Shown here piece by piece: positions 15,382-24,053 of a DNA stretch of 35,407 bases (its first letter is position 1; every line of letters begins with the position of its first letter). This DNA is from a virus, in the IMG/VR virus record IMGVR_UViG_3300044557_000171, positions 1 to 35,407 of that record. One strand, given 5' to 3'. The notes beneath the pieces were generated by a model. The model saw only the letters and a program-made list of their open reading frames with translations, was not told where the DNA came from and searched no databases. The translations under genes were made by a program, and so were the position numbers.

Positions 15382-16951
15382 AGCGAATGACCGAATCCAA
15401 GAAGAATGGGCGAGTGGTGTCAAGAAGACGCTGCTCGTTCTTCCTACCGGATTGGGTAAAACCGTGACATTCTCAGATTTAACAAAACAATTAGTAAGCA
15501 AAGGTGAGCGGGTTTTAATTATGGCCCACCGTGGCGAATTACTTGACCAAGCTGCAGATAAACTTTTCAAAGTAACAGGATTGAAAGCTGCAGTCGAAAA
15601 AGCTGACCAAACTGCAAAAAATTCATTTTATAGCGTGACAGTCGGAAGTGTTCAAACCTTGATGCGTGAAAAACGGCTACAAGATTTCCCACAAGATTAT
15701 TACGACACAATCATTGTTGATGAAGCTCATCATATTTTGGCCAGTAGTTATCAGAAAGTCCTTGAATATTTTAGTGAAGCTAAAGTTTTAGGAGTAACCG
15801 CAACTGCTGACAGAACAGACAAGAAAAATCTGGGTGAGTTCTTTGAGTCGCTTGCTTATGAATACACCTTGCCTGATGCGATAAAAAATAAATACTTGTC
15901 ACCAATGAAGGCAATGACTATTCCATTAAAAATTGATTTATCTGGCGTTTCAATGTCAGCCGGTGACTTTAAAGCAAGTGAAGTTGGAAGTGCATTAGAC
16001 CCTTACCTTTATCAAATAGCAGAAGAAATGGTCAAGAATTGCTCGAACAGAAAAACAGTTGTCTTTCTGCCACTTGTGGCAACTTCTAAAAAGTTTCGTG
16101 ATATTCTCAATGAAAAAGGTTTTAAAGCTGCCGAAGTCAATGGTGAATCCAAAGACCGAGCAGAAATTTTAGAAGACTTTGACAACGGAAAGTACAACGT
16201 ACTGTGTAACTCAATGTTACTGACAGAAGGTTGGGACTCACCAGAAGTAGATTGTGTCATCATGTTGAGACCAACAAAATCACGTCCACTTTATGTTCAA
16301 TGTATTGGTCGTGGCTTGCGTTTGGCAGAAGGCAAAGAAGATTGTTTAATTTTGGACTTCCTTTGGCACACAGAACGTCATGAGCTAGTTCATCCAGCAC
16401 ACTTGATTGCAAAAGATGATGAAATTGCTAAAAAGATGACTGAAAAAATGGCTGAGGTTGAAGAAGATGATCAGCTACAACTCTTTGATTTAGAAGAAGT
16501 TGCTCAGGAAGCTGAAAGTGAAGTGGTTCAAGACCGAGAAAACTCACTGGCAGAAAAATTAGCAACGATGAAAAAACGGAAACGAAAACTTGTGGATCCT
16601 CTACAATTTGAACTTTCTATTCAATCAGAAGACTTGATAAACTATGCCCCATCTTTTGGTTGGGAAATGGCACCAGCATCTGATAAACAAATTGCAGCAC
16701 TTGAAAAATTTGGCATCTTTCCAGAAGAAATTGAAAATTCTGGGAAAGCTAAAGTGTTACTTGATAAATTAAATAAACGGAAAATGTCAGGGTTGACTAC
16801 ACCTAAACAAATTAGATTCTTAGAGAGTCGTGGTTTCCAGCATGTTGGAACTTGGGAATTTAATAAAGCACGAGGTCTAATTGACCGTATTGCTGGGAAT
16901 GGTTGGAGAATTCCAGTTGACATTAATCCGAAGGAATATAAAGGAGTTTAA
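15356..16951 (+). CDS. SF2 DEAD/DEAH-box DNA helicase
   Basis: Motif I PTGLGKT, motif II DEAH (IIVDEAHH), motif III TAT, and motif VI QCIGRGLR. Confidence 0.9.
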   Translation: MELRPYQNEANDRIQEEWASGVKKTLLVLPTGLGKTVTFSDLTKQLVSKGERVLIMAHRGELLDQAADKLFKVTGLKAAVEKADQTAKNSFYSVTVGSVQTLMREKRLQDFPQDYYDTIIVDEAHHILASSYQKVLEYFSEAKVLGVTATADRTDKKNLGEFFESLAYEYTLPDAIKNKYLSPMKAMTIPLKIDLSGVSMSAGDFKASEVGSALDPYLYQIAEEMVKNCSNRKTVVFLPLVATSKKFRDILNEKGFKAAEVNGESKDRAEILEDFDNGKYNVLCNSMLLTEGWDSPEVDCVIMLRPTKSRPLYVQCIGRGLRLAEGKEDCLILDFLWHTERHELVHPAHLIAKDDEIAKKMTEKMAEVEEDDQLQLFDLEEVAQEAESEVVQDRENSLAEKLATMKKRKRKLVDPLQFELSIQSEDLINYAPSFGWEMAPASDKQIAALEKFGIFPEEIENSGKAKVLLDKLNKRKMSGLTTPKQIRFLESRGFQHVGTWEFNKARGLIDRIAGNGWRIPVDINPKEYKGV

Positions 16952-16953
16952 GC

Positions 16954-19242
16954 TTGGAAGAAAAATTTGATTTAGTGCCACTCCTTGAATATATCTCACC
17001 ATCATCACTTGATTATCTGGACTGGGTATCAGTTGGAATGGCTTTGAAATTCGAGGGCTATACCTTTGATGTATGGGACAGTTGGTCACAACCTGACAGT
17101 AGATATAATGCACGAGAAATGGAATCAAAGTGGGATTCACTTGGCCATAACGGAGCTACACCAGTTACTGGTGCATTTATCACCATGAAAGCAAAAGAAA
17201 ATGGTTGGTCTTCAAATTCTTATAAAGGGAATGATGGGAACGAGTTCTTAGGCTGGGATGATGAAGTGAGCGCAGCACGAGATTATAAGTTTATTGATAA
17301 ATCTTGGGTTGAAGGTCAAGAAATCAGAGAGCCTGATGATAATTGGAAACCTGTAGAACAGCTTAAAACTTATATTCAAACGCTTTTCAAAAATGATGAT
17401 TACATTGGTTATGTTATGAAATCTTGGCTGCGTGATGACGGAAAATATTCTGTCAGTGGCGCAGGTAACTATACTAGAACCGCAGAAGAATTACTCAATG
17501 AACTAGAAAAGTATAAAGATGAAAAAGACTTGAGTTATATTGTAGGAGATTCTGACCCTCTTGGTGGCGCTTGGATTCGTTTCAATCCTCTTGATGGCAA
17601 AGGGGTTAAAAATGAAAATGTTACTGAGTTTAAATATGCTCTAGTTGAATCGGATAATTTAGGACTTGAAAAGCAAAATGCAATCATGCGTGAATTAGAA
17701 TTACCAATTGCAGCTCTTGTCTATTCTGGTGGGAAATCAGTTCATGCCATTGTAAAAGTTGATGCGAAAGACAAAAACGAATACCGTGAGCGGGTTGAAT
17801 ACCTTTATAAAATTTGTAATAAGAACGGTCTTGAAGTTGATGGTCAAAATAAAAATCCGTCACGTTTATCTCGAATGCCTGGTGTAATTCGTGGAGAGCA
17901 CAAGCAATTTCTTATTGATACAAATATCGGTAAAGCGAACTGGAAAGAATGGCAAACTTACATTGAGGATTTGAATGATGACTTGCCAGAGTTTGAAAGT
18001 CTTGCGGATATGTTTGAAGAAGACCCAGCACTTGCCCCGGTCTTGATTGATGGAGTATTGCGCAGAGGTCATAAAATGCTTATTGCTGGACCATCAAAAG
18101 CCGGAAAATCATTTGCACTGATGGAGATGTGTATTGCGATTGCAGAGGGAATTCCTTGGTTTGGTTTTAATTGTGAACGTGGAAAAGTGCTTTATATCAA
18201 TATGGAACTTGACCGCCCCTCAGCTTACAAACGATTCAAAGATATTTACCAAGGAATGAATGTTCCACCAAATCATCTAAAGAATATTAGTATTTGGAAC
18301 ATGCGTGGTCATTCTATTCCAATGGATAAACTGACACCAAAACTGATCAGACGTGCTCAAAAAGAAAAATTTGATGCAGTGATTATTGACCCAATCTATA
18401 AAGTACTGACAGGTTCTGAAAATGATGCGGAACAAATGGCCAAGTTTACAAATAACTTTGATAAGGTAGCTGCAGAACTCGGGACTTCTGTTATTTACTG
18501 TCACCATCACTCAAAAGGAGCACAGGGCGGTAAATCTTCTATGGACCGAAGTTCTGGTTCTGGAGTATTTGCCCGAGATCCTGACGCAATTCTTGACTTA
18601 ATTGAGCTTGAAGTTACTGACAGTTTAAGAAAACAACAAGATGCCAGGGCAGTGGCTAACTTCTACGCAGCCAAAATCAGAGATGAAAAGCCTGAATATC
18701 TTAATGAAATTGGCCAAGATGATTTTCTATCAGCGCCTGAAATGCGAAAACATTTGGCTTTAGCGTTTGGGGATGAACGAGCAAGAGAAATTTCCGGCTT
18801 TGAATTGGAACAAGTTCAACGAGTTGTTAAATTAATGACTGCTTGGCGACTTGAAGGCACACTTCGAGAGTTTCCAAAGTTTGAACCAGTCAATCTGTGG
18901 TTCAATTATCCGCTACATTATTCCGATGATTCTGGAGTTCTGAAAGACCTTGAACCAGTTGGAGCAAATGATAACAAATGGTCAAAAGGCGGTAAAAAGA
19001 GTGCGGATGTCCGATCCTCAGCAGAAAAGAAAGCAGAACGGATTAAGAAGAATACCGAAAAACTTCACACTGCTTTTGAATCGCTTGATATGGAGGGGAG
19101 AGGTAAAATCCGAATCGGAGAAATAGTCACATATTTTGAAGATAAAGTTACACGGAATACTATAAAAAATTGGATTAAAGAACAAGAAACTTTGACAATT
19201 GATGATAAAGGTTGGATAACTAAATTAGAAAATAATGAATAA
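16954..19242 (+). CDS. Primase / replicative helicase fusion (PriCT-like N-terminus plus AAA_25 RepA/DnaB-like ATPase)
   Basis: TTG start 7 nt after AAAGGAG. The N-terminal LDWVSVGMALKFEG…WDSWS is PriCT-like. Walker A is GPSKAGKS and Walker B is AVIIDP. Confidence 0.8.
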   Translation: MEEKFDLVPLLEYISPSSLDYLDWVSVGMALKFEGYTFDVWDSWSQPDSRYNAREMESKWDSLGHNGATPVTGAFITMKAKENGWSSNSYKGNDGNEFLGWDDEVSAARDYKFIDKSWVEGQEIREPDDNWKPVEQLKTYIQTLFKNDDYIGYVMKSWLRDDGKYSVSGAGNYTRTAEELLNELEKYKDEKDLSYIVGDSDPLGGAWIRFNPLDGKGVKNENVTEFKYALVESDNLGLEKQNAIMRELELPIAALVYSGGKSVHAIVKVDAKDKNEYRERVEYLYKICNKNGLEVDGQNKNPSRLSRMPGVIRGEHKQFLIDTNIGKANWKEWQTYIEDLNDDLPEFESLADMFEEDPALAPVLIDGVLRRGHKMLIAGPSKAGKSFALMEMCIAIAEGIPWFGFNCERGKVLYINMELDRPSAYKRFKDIYQGMNVPPNHLKNISIWNMRGHSIPMDKLTPKLIRRAQKEKFDAVIIDPIYKVLTGSENDAEQMAKFTNNFDKVAAELGTSVIYCHHHSKGAQGGKSSMDRSSGSGVFARDPDAILDLIELEVTDSLRKQQDARAVANFYAAKIRDEKPEYLNEIGQDDFLSAPEMRKHLALAFGDERAREISGFELEQVQRVVKLMTAWRLEGTLREFPKFEPVNLWFNYPLHYSDDSGVLKDLEPVGANDNKWSKGGKKSADVRSSAEKKAERIKKNTEKLHTAFESLDMEGRGKIRIGEIVTYFEDKVTRNTIKNWIKEQETLTIDDKGWITKLENNE

Positions 19243-19261
19243 ATTATAAGTTTTATAGAAC

Positions 19262-19383
19262 CTGTCAAACTATCAAAAAACTAGTTAAATTGACACCCCC
19301 TGTCAAACTGTCAAATTAACTAAAAGTAATATTTTTTGACACTGTCAAATTAACTAAAAATTGACACTTTGACAGGTGTCAAA
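19262..19383. repeat. Iteron cluster, putative origin of replication
   Basis: CTGTCAAAC occurs at 19262 and 19300. The 18-bp repeat CTGTCAAATTAACTAAAA occurs at 19308 and 19342. TTGACAC occurs at 19290, 19336 and 19361. The inverted repeat TTTGACA-GG-TGTCAAA lies at 19368-19383. The cluster is directly downstream of the primase/helicase. Confidence 0.7.
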
Positions 19384-19545
19384 AAAGCTTGATAGCTACT
19401 CTAAAAGAGTCAGGGAATAGAATTGACAAGTAAATTATTTTGGGCAGACGTTTCACTGCCAAAAAATTATACAAGTCATTCAAATCTGACAGGGACGGTG
19501 GGAGGTGGGTTAAAAATAAAAATTAGAAAAATGAGGTTAAAAGTT

Positions 19546-20088
19546 ATGAGTAAAAAAAGAAGTAAAAAGAGGGAACTTGGAATTTACGGCCAAACAAATA
19601 GTCAATACTTTATAAGTTGTTTTTCAAGTATTTCTCCAGTTGAAAAAGAGCAAATTGTTGAAATGATAAGCTACTCGCCTCAATTAGCTTATGTTGTTTT
19701 GAAATGGGCTGTGAGTTCTGGGGTGATTATTAAAAGTTATCTAGTACCTGATAAAGAATTTAATTATTTGCAAGGAGCAAATTTCGGGTTTGAGGAATAT
19801 GAGCAAAAAGTTTTTTCTCGAAATTCAAAAAAACATGTTGTTGCTCGTAGAACGATCTTTTTAGAAATGGGATTAGATAAAATGCCCCCTCGTAAAAGTT
19901 CACTTAAAGAATATAATGATTTTGATCGTGGGATTATTCAAATTTATCCAGTACTTGATTTCCTCATGGAGAAATTGAAACAAAGTGGAGACATGAAAAA
20001 ATATTTGTTCAATCTGGCAAAAAAACAAGGACTGATTGTTTATGATCCTGAAACTGGGAAGTGGCAAGGTAAGGACTATGGACTATGA
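19546..20088 (+). CDS. Hypothetical protein (180 aa)
   Basis: The start is placed at MSKKRSKKRELG after GAGG. The upstream extension from 19423 runs through the iteron-flanking region. Confidence 0.5.
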   Translation: MSKKRSKKRELGIYGQTNSQYFISCFSSISPVEKEQIVEMISYSPQLAYVVLKWAVSSGVIIKSYLVPDKEFNYLQGANFGFEEYEQKVFSRNSKKHVVARRTIFLEMGLDKMPPRKSSLKEYNDFDRGIIQIYPVLDFLMEKLKQSGDMKKYLFNLAKKQGLIVYDPETGKWQGKDYGL

Positions 20089-20299
20089 AAAATTTTTCAA
20101 TGATGTTAAAAATTGGATTTTAGAGTGCAACTCACAGGCGATAAAATTAGGGTTCGGAAATGATGATTTTTGGAACTGGGTTGTAATTTCACTTGGAGAG
20201 CTGAGCACAAAATATAATTCACATCCGCTGGTTATGAAACAGACGAACATGTTACTCGACTGGCTAGAAGATACATGGGAAGAGGTAAAAAATGGATAA
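20081..20299 (+). CDS. Hypothetical protein (72 aa)
   Basis: The ATG at 20081 overlaps the preceding stop. Confidence 0.45.
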   Translation, partial: DYEKFFNDVKNWILECNSQAIKLGFGNDDFWNWVVISLGELSTKYNSHPLVMKQTNMLLDWLEDTWEEVKNG

Positions 20300-20921
20300 G
20301 ACATTTAAACAAAAACTGGAAATACTACCAATAAAAAATATTGATCACCCTGTTGGAGATACTAAATATTATGCGGCTGTTCATGTTAAAACGTTAATAG
20401 CACAAGCAGATGAAGAATATCAGGAGCTATTTGATAAATATAGTAATCTCAATGATAACTATGAAAAAGAAGTAATTAAAAGTTCGAAACTAGAATCGCA
20501 AATCATTAATTTAAAATCCCAACTCCAACAGCAAGCCCTGCCAGTCGTGCCTGAGTGCGTGGCTGACGCAATTGCATGGGATGAACAAATTGATAACAGC
20601 ATAGCAGAAACTTTGAAGAATGTATTTACTTTCGGTGATAGAGGTCTAAAAGAAGCTGGATTGTGGATTAAAAATAATCCAGAAAAATATATTATTGCTC
20701 GAAACATCGGCTACACAGTCGAAAAACCGCAGCTGTTCTATTTGAAATCTAAATCTCTGTTGGAAAATGAGGGCGAATCAGAAGAGCCAGATGTTGATGA
20801 ATTGTATTTAAATGCCAAGGGAAATTTAGTCATTTATAAAGGTGATGCAAAAAAATTCACCCAATCCGAAATCGACAGCATGCAAACTGGGAGCTATGAA
20901 CAGATTGAGGTGGCGGAATAA
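20292..20921 (+). CDS. Hypothetical protein (209 aa, coiled N-terminal half; possibly DUF1642-like)
   Basis: RBS GAAGAGG. The family assignment is from memory only. Confidence 0.5.
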   Translation: MDKTFKQKLEILPIKNIDHPVGDTKYYAAVHVKTLIAQADEEYQELFDKYSNLNDNYEKEVIKSSKLESQIINLKSQLQQQALPVVPECVADAIAWDEQIDNSIAETLKNVFTFGDRGLKEAGLWIKNNPEKYIIARNIGYTVEKPQLFYLKSKSLLENEGESEEPDVDELYLNAKGNLVIYKGDAKKFTQSEIDSMQTGSYEQIEVAE

Positions 20922-21277
20922 TGGCCCACAAATACGGAGCTAAAAAAGTAACGGTTGATGGCATCACTTTTGATAGTAAAGCTGAAAGTATCTACTATCA
21001 GTTGCATAAGCATGAGCCGAACATGAAAATGCAAGAAAAATTTGTCTTACAAGATAAGTTCAGGCTCAACGGGAAAGCTTATCGGGAAATTTACTACAAG
21101 CCAGATTTCACTTTCTATGATGATGCTGGCAACTTAATCAAAGTAATTGATGTGAAAGGTATGATTTTACCTGAGTTTAAAATTAAGGCGAAAATGTTCG
21201 CTGCTCGTTATGGTTTACCAATTACGATTGCAAAAAAAGTGGCTCGAAAAGATGAATTTACAGAAAGTGTGATTTGA
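20921..21277 (+). CDS. DUF1064-like protein (putative PD-(D/E)XK-type nuclease/resolvase)
   Basis: KYGAKKVTVDGITFDSKAESIYY…YKPDFTF…IDVKG matches the DUF1064 signature as I recall it. Confidence 0.65.
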   Translation: MAHKYGAKKVTVDGITFDSKAESIYYQLHKHEPNMKMQEKFVLQDKFRLNGKAYREIYYKPDFTFYDDAGNLIKVIDVKGMILPEFKIKAKMFAARYGLPITIAKKVARKDEFTESVI

Positions 21278-21483
21278 TGAAAATTTCCCCTGGAATTAAA
21301 CGAAAACAGGCACTCAAATCCCAAACTAAAGCTCCAGATTTTGAATGTGTACTTCCATCAGCTTTGGCAGCAATTAGACTAGTGGTTGATGATTCTGTTG
21401 AAATCAATGAAGTTTACATCTCATTAAAAAGTGAAGGAGCACTATTGAGCTACAGTTATAAAGATTTGGAGGAAATAGAATGA
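21277..21483 (+). CDS. Hypothetical protein (68 aa)
   Basis: The ATG overlaps the previous stop (TGATG). Confidence 0.45.
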   Translation: MKISPGIKRKQALKSQTKAPDFECVLPSALAAIRLVVDDSVEINEVYISLKSEGALLSYSYKDLEEIE

Positions 21484-21707
21484 AAGAAGAAACCATTTAT
21501 ATTTTAACAGTTTGGGATGAAGCAAAATCACAATTCGCTATCTCGGAATATGAAAAAGATTCTATAGAGCAACAATTAGAGTTCGGTAATAAGGAATTTA
21601 TTACTTTTGAATCAACAATCGGACAAAAGATTTATTATAAACGTGATCTAGTCAAGGCTATTAGTTTTAACGAATATGTGGAGGCTTTAAATGAAGAAGA
21701 TAAGTAG
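21480..21707 (+). CDS. Hypothetical protein (75 aa)
   Basis: RBS GGAGGAAA with an ATGA overlap. Confidence 0.5.
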   Translation: MKEETIYILTVWDEAKSQFAISEYEKDSIEQQLEFGNKEFITFESTIGQKIYYKRDLVKAISFNEYVEALNEEDK

Positions 21708-21816
21708 TGCAATTGGTTATATCATTGCCTGGATATTAATTATTCTGGTCTGTCTGCTTTTATTTTCAGAATTACTGCTATTACTAAAAATGTTGTGGTT
21801 TGGATTTGGATATTAG
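21691..21816 (+). CDS. 41-aa hydrophobic membrane peptide (below the ORF-track cutoff)
   Basis: GGAGG lies 6 nt upstream of the ATG. The product is MKKISSAIGYIIAWILIILVCLLLFSELLLLLKMLWFGFGY, and translation was done by hand. Confidence 0.5.
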   Translation: MKKISSAIGYIIAWILIILVCLLLFSELLLLLKMLWFGFGY

Positions 21817-21825
21817 GGAGGCAGA

Positions 21826-22284
21826 ATGAAAGTAAGTACAGAATATGGATATTTAATCAAAGCACTGAGAGAATATCCGTTTGAATCACAAGTGAAACGG
21901 AGATGCGAAGAAATTCAATATCCAGTAAATAATAGTGGATTAGACCCCAATTGGTGGATTACTCCTCAAAATTTGGTTCGTGACCCAAAAGTTTTAAGTG
22001 ATATCATTAAGTTAGAATGCGATCCAACATTAATTAAATATAGGCGGCAGTTTAAAGCGATTCAAGAAATGATTGCTGAAACAGATCCAGGGCATTGGAA
22101 AATAATCAAGGCTGTTTATATTCACAATGAATTGACTGTTGAAGGAGCATTGATGCGTTTTGGCTTTGGTAAAAAAACTCAAGCGTATAAAAATATCATT
22201 CGTCCATTTTTTGAAAAATTGGAATATAAGATTGATGAAATTGCTGCAGAAGAACGCATCGAAATAAATTTTGCGGAAAAGTGA
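21826..22284 (+). CDS. ArpU/RinA-like late gene transcriptional regulator
   Basis: 152 aa and the last gene before terS. The C-terminal part is sigma-70 region-4-like (TVEGALMRFGFGKKTQAYKNIIRPFFEKL). RBS GGGAGG. Confidence 0.6.
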   Translation: MKVSTEYGYLIKALREYPFESQVKRRCEEIQYPVNNSGLDPNWWITPQNLVRDPKVLSDIIKLECDPTLIKYRRQFKAIQEMIAETDPGHWKIIKAVYIHNELTVEGALMRFGFGKKTQAYKNIIRPFFEKLEYKIDEIAAEERIEINFAEK

Positions 22285-22389
22285 CCGTTTTTGCTAAAAA
22301 ATAGCGAACAAGTGACCGAAAAAATGAGTTAAAATAGTATTGTGAACGAGTGAATGATGATACGACTCGATAACTCCTTTTAGATTTTA

Positions 22390-22414
22390 CCTGTCAGAAA
22401 TGGCAGGTTTTTTT
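22390..22414 (+). terminator. Rho-independent terminator ending the early/middle operon
   Basis: CCTGTCA-GAAA-TGGCAGG stem with one G-U pair, followed by TTTTTTT. Confidence 0.8.
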
Positions 22415-22421
22415 ATACAAT

Positions 22422-22427
22422 TATAAT
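22422..22427 (+). promoter_or_regulatory. Candidate activator-dependent late promoter -10 (TATAAT, no -35)
   Basis: TATAAT lies 31 nt upstream of the terS ATG and directly after the terminator. No -35 match. Confidence 0.35.
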
Positions 22428-22458
22428 TTCATGTTTTTTCAGGTTTTGGAGGGAATCA

Positions 22459-22854
22459 ATGCTAACGACGAATCAAGAAAAAGCCGTCGTTATGCTATTT
22501 GACGGCAGAACTGTTAAAAAAATAGCGAAAGAATTGAAAGTAACAGAACGGACAGTTTATAACTGGAAGAAAGACCCAGAGGTTATATCAGCACTGAGGA
22601 AGATGTCAAATGACTATTTGGGTGTTGAAATACCAAAGCTGTTAAAGAATCAAATGAAACTGGCTACTAAATCCAAGTCAGAAATAGTTAGATTTTATGC
22701 AACAAAAGACCTATTAGATCGTGCTGACTTTGTACCAAATACAGAAGACAAGGGGGAATCGGATGCTCAATTAGCTTCTGAGAAATATGATGAACTTATT
22801 AGGGAAACCGCAAAAGCCCGCCTTGACATACAAGCAAGCGCTGGTGATGAATGA
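22459..22854 (+). CDS. terS: Terminase small subunit
   Basis: N-terminal HTH (TVKKIAKELKVTERTVYNWKK). It sits before terL with an overlapping stop/start. Confidence 0.8.
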   Translation: MLTTNQEKAVVMLFDGRTVKKIAKELKVTERTVYNWKKDPEVISALRKMSNDYLGVEIPKLLKNQMKLATKSKSEIVRFYATKDLLDRADFVPNTEDKGESDAQLASEKYDELIRETAKARLDIQASAGDE

Positions 22855-24052
22855 TTACTTTAATAGTAATTTTAAAACCTTAATTCTTGATGGTGCTGTT
22901 CGTGCTGGTAAAACGATTGTTAATAACCGAATATTCTCAATGGAATTGAAAGAAGTTAAGAAGCGTGCTAGCGAACATGGTGTAAAGAACCCTATCTATA
23001 TTTTAGGTGGAGTTTCTTCTAAAACAATCAGCAACAATATTTTAAACCCTTTGTTGAATGAACAACCTTACCTTGATATCAAGTGGGATAAGAATGGTTC
23101 GTTTACTTTGTTTGGGGTAAAGGTTGTGCTTGCTTATACTGGTAATATCGGTGGTGTCGGCGGAATCCGTGGTTCAGAAGCTTGGGGTGCTTATATCAAT
23201 GAAGCATCACTGGCTAATGAGAAAGTGTTTAAGGAAATCACCACACGTCTTTCAGCTCCAGGAGCAAGACTTATCTGTGATACAAATCCAGATAATCCAA
23301 GTCATTGGCTCAAGCGTGATTATATTGATAAAGCAAGTGATCCAGAAAAGAGAATCAAGGTTCATAGTTTTAACATTGATGATAATGAGTTTCTAGACCC
23401 TGAGTATGTGGCAACTTTGAAAGCACAGTTTACTGGTGTTTTTTATGACCGGGCGATTCGTGGGTTGTGGGTGTTGTCTGATGGTGCGATATATTCCAAC
23501 TTTGATAAAGAGAAGATGGTGGTTGATTTACCGCAAGATACAACCTTTCAAGAAAGTTATGTCAGTATTGACTATGGAACATTAAATGCAACTGTATTCA
23601 AACTGTGGCGCTTGTATAAGCGGAAATGGTATTGTACTGATGAGTATTATTATTCAGGACGTGAAAAGCAAAGGCAAAAAACAGATGAGGAATATGTCAG
23701 TGATTTGGAAGAGTTCTACAAAAGTAACAACTTAAAAAAAGGACAGGCAAAAGTTATACTTGACCCTTCTGCTGCATCATTTAGAACTGCGCTCAAGAAG
23801 CGTGGTTTTTCTGTTAAGTCAGCACTTAATGATGTAATCAATGGAATTCGTTGTGAAATGTCCGCAATGAATACTGGATTAGTTTATTGGTCTTCTAAGT
23901 GTGTTCATACTTTTAAAGAGTTCGGTCTTTATATCTGGGATGAAGCAGCCGCTAATCGTGGCGAAGATAAGCCAGTTAAAACGGATGACCACTGTATGGA
24001 TGCTGACCGTTACTTCATTTATACAATATTAAGAAAGTTGGTAGGAGGATGA
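22847..24052 (+). CDS. terL: Terminase large subunit (PBSX/Terminase_3-like)
   Basis: Walker A LDGAVRAGKT. The nuclease-domain acidic motif DDHCMDADRY lies near the C-terminus. The start is set at the ATG overlapping the terS stop. Confidence 0.9.
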   Translation: MNDYFNSNFKTLILDGAVRAGKTIVNNRIFSMELKEVKKRASEHGVKNPIYILGGVSSKTISNNILNPLLNEQPYLDIKWDKNGSFTLFGVKVVLAYTGNIGGVGGIRGSEAWGAYINEASLANEKVFKEITTRLSAPGARLICDTNPDNPSHWLKRDYIDKASDPEKRIKVHSFNIDDNEFLDPEYVATLKAQFTGVFYDRAIRGLWVLSDGAIYSNFDKEKMVVDLPQDTTFQESYVSIDYGTLNATVFKLWRLYKRKWYCTDEYYYSGREKQRQKTDEEYVSDLEEFYKSNNLKKGQAKVILDPSAASFRTALKKRGFSVKSALNDVINGIRCEMSAMNTGLVYWSSKCVHTFKEFGLYIWDEAAANRGEDKPVKTDDHCMDADRYFIYTILRKLVGG

Positions 24053-24053
24053 T

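Noticed and set aside
19423-19545. Upstream extension of the 19423-20088 ORF using a non-ATG start
   Set aside because: The extension starts right next to the iteron region and has no RBS. The ATG at 19546 is preceded by GAGG and begins a plausible basic N-terminus.
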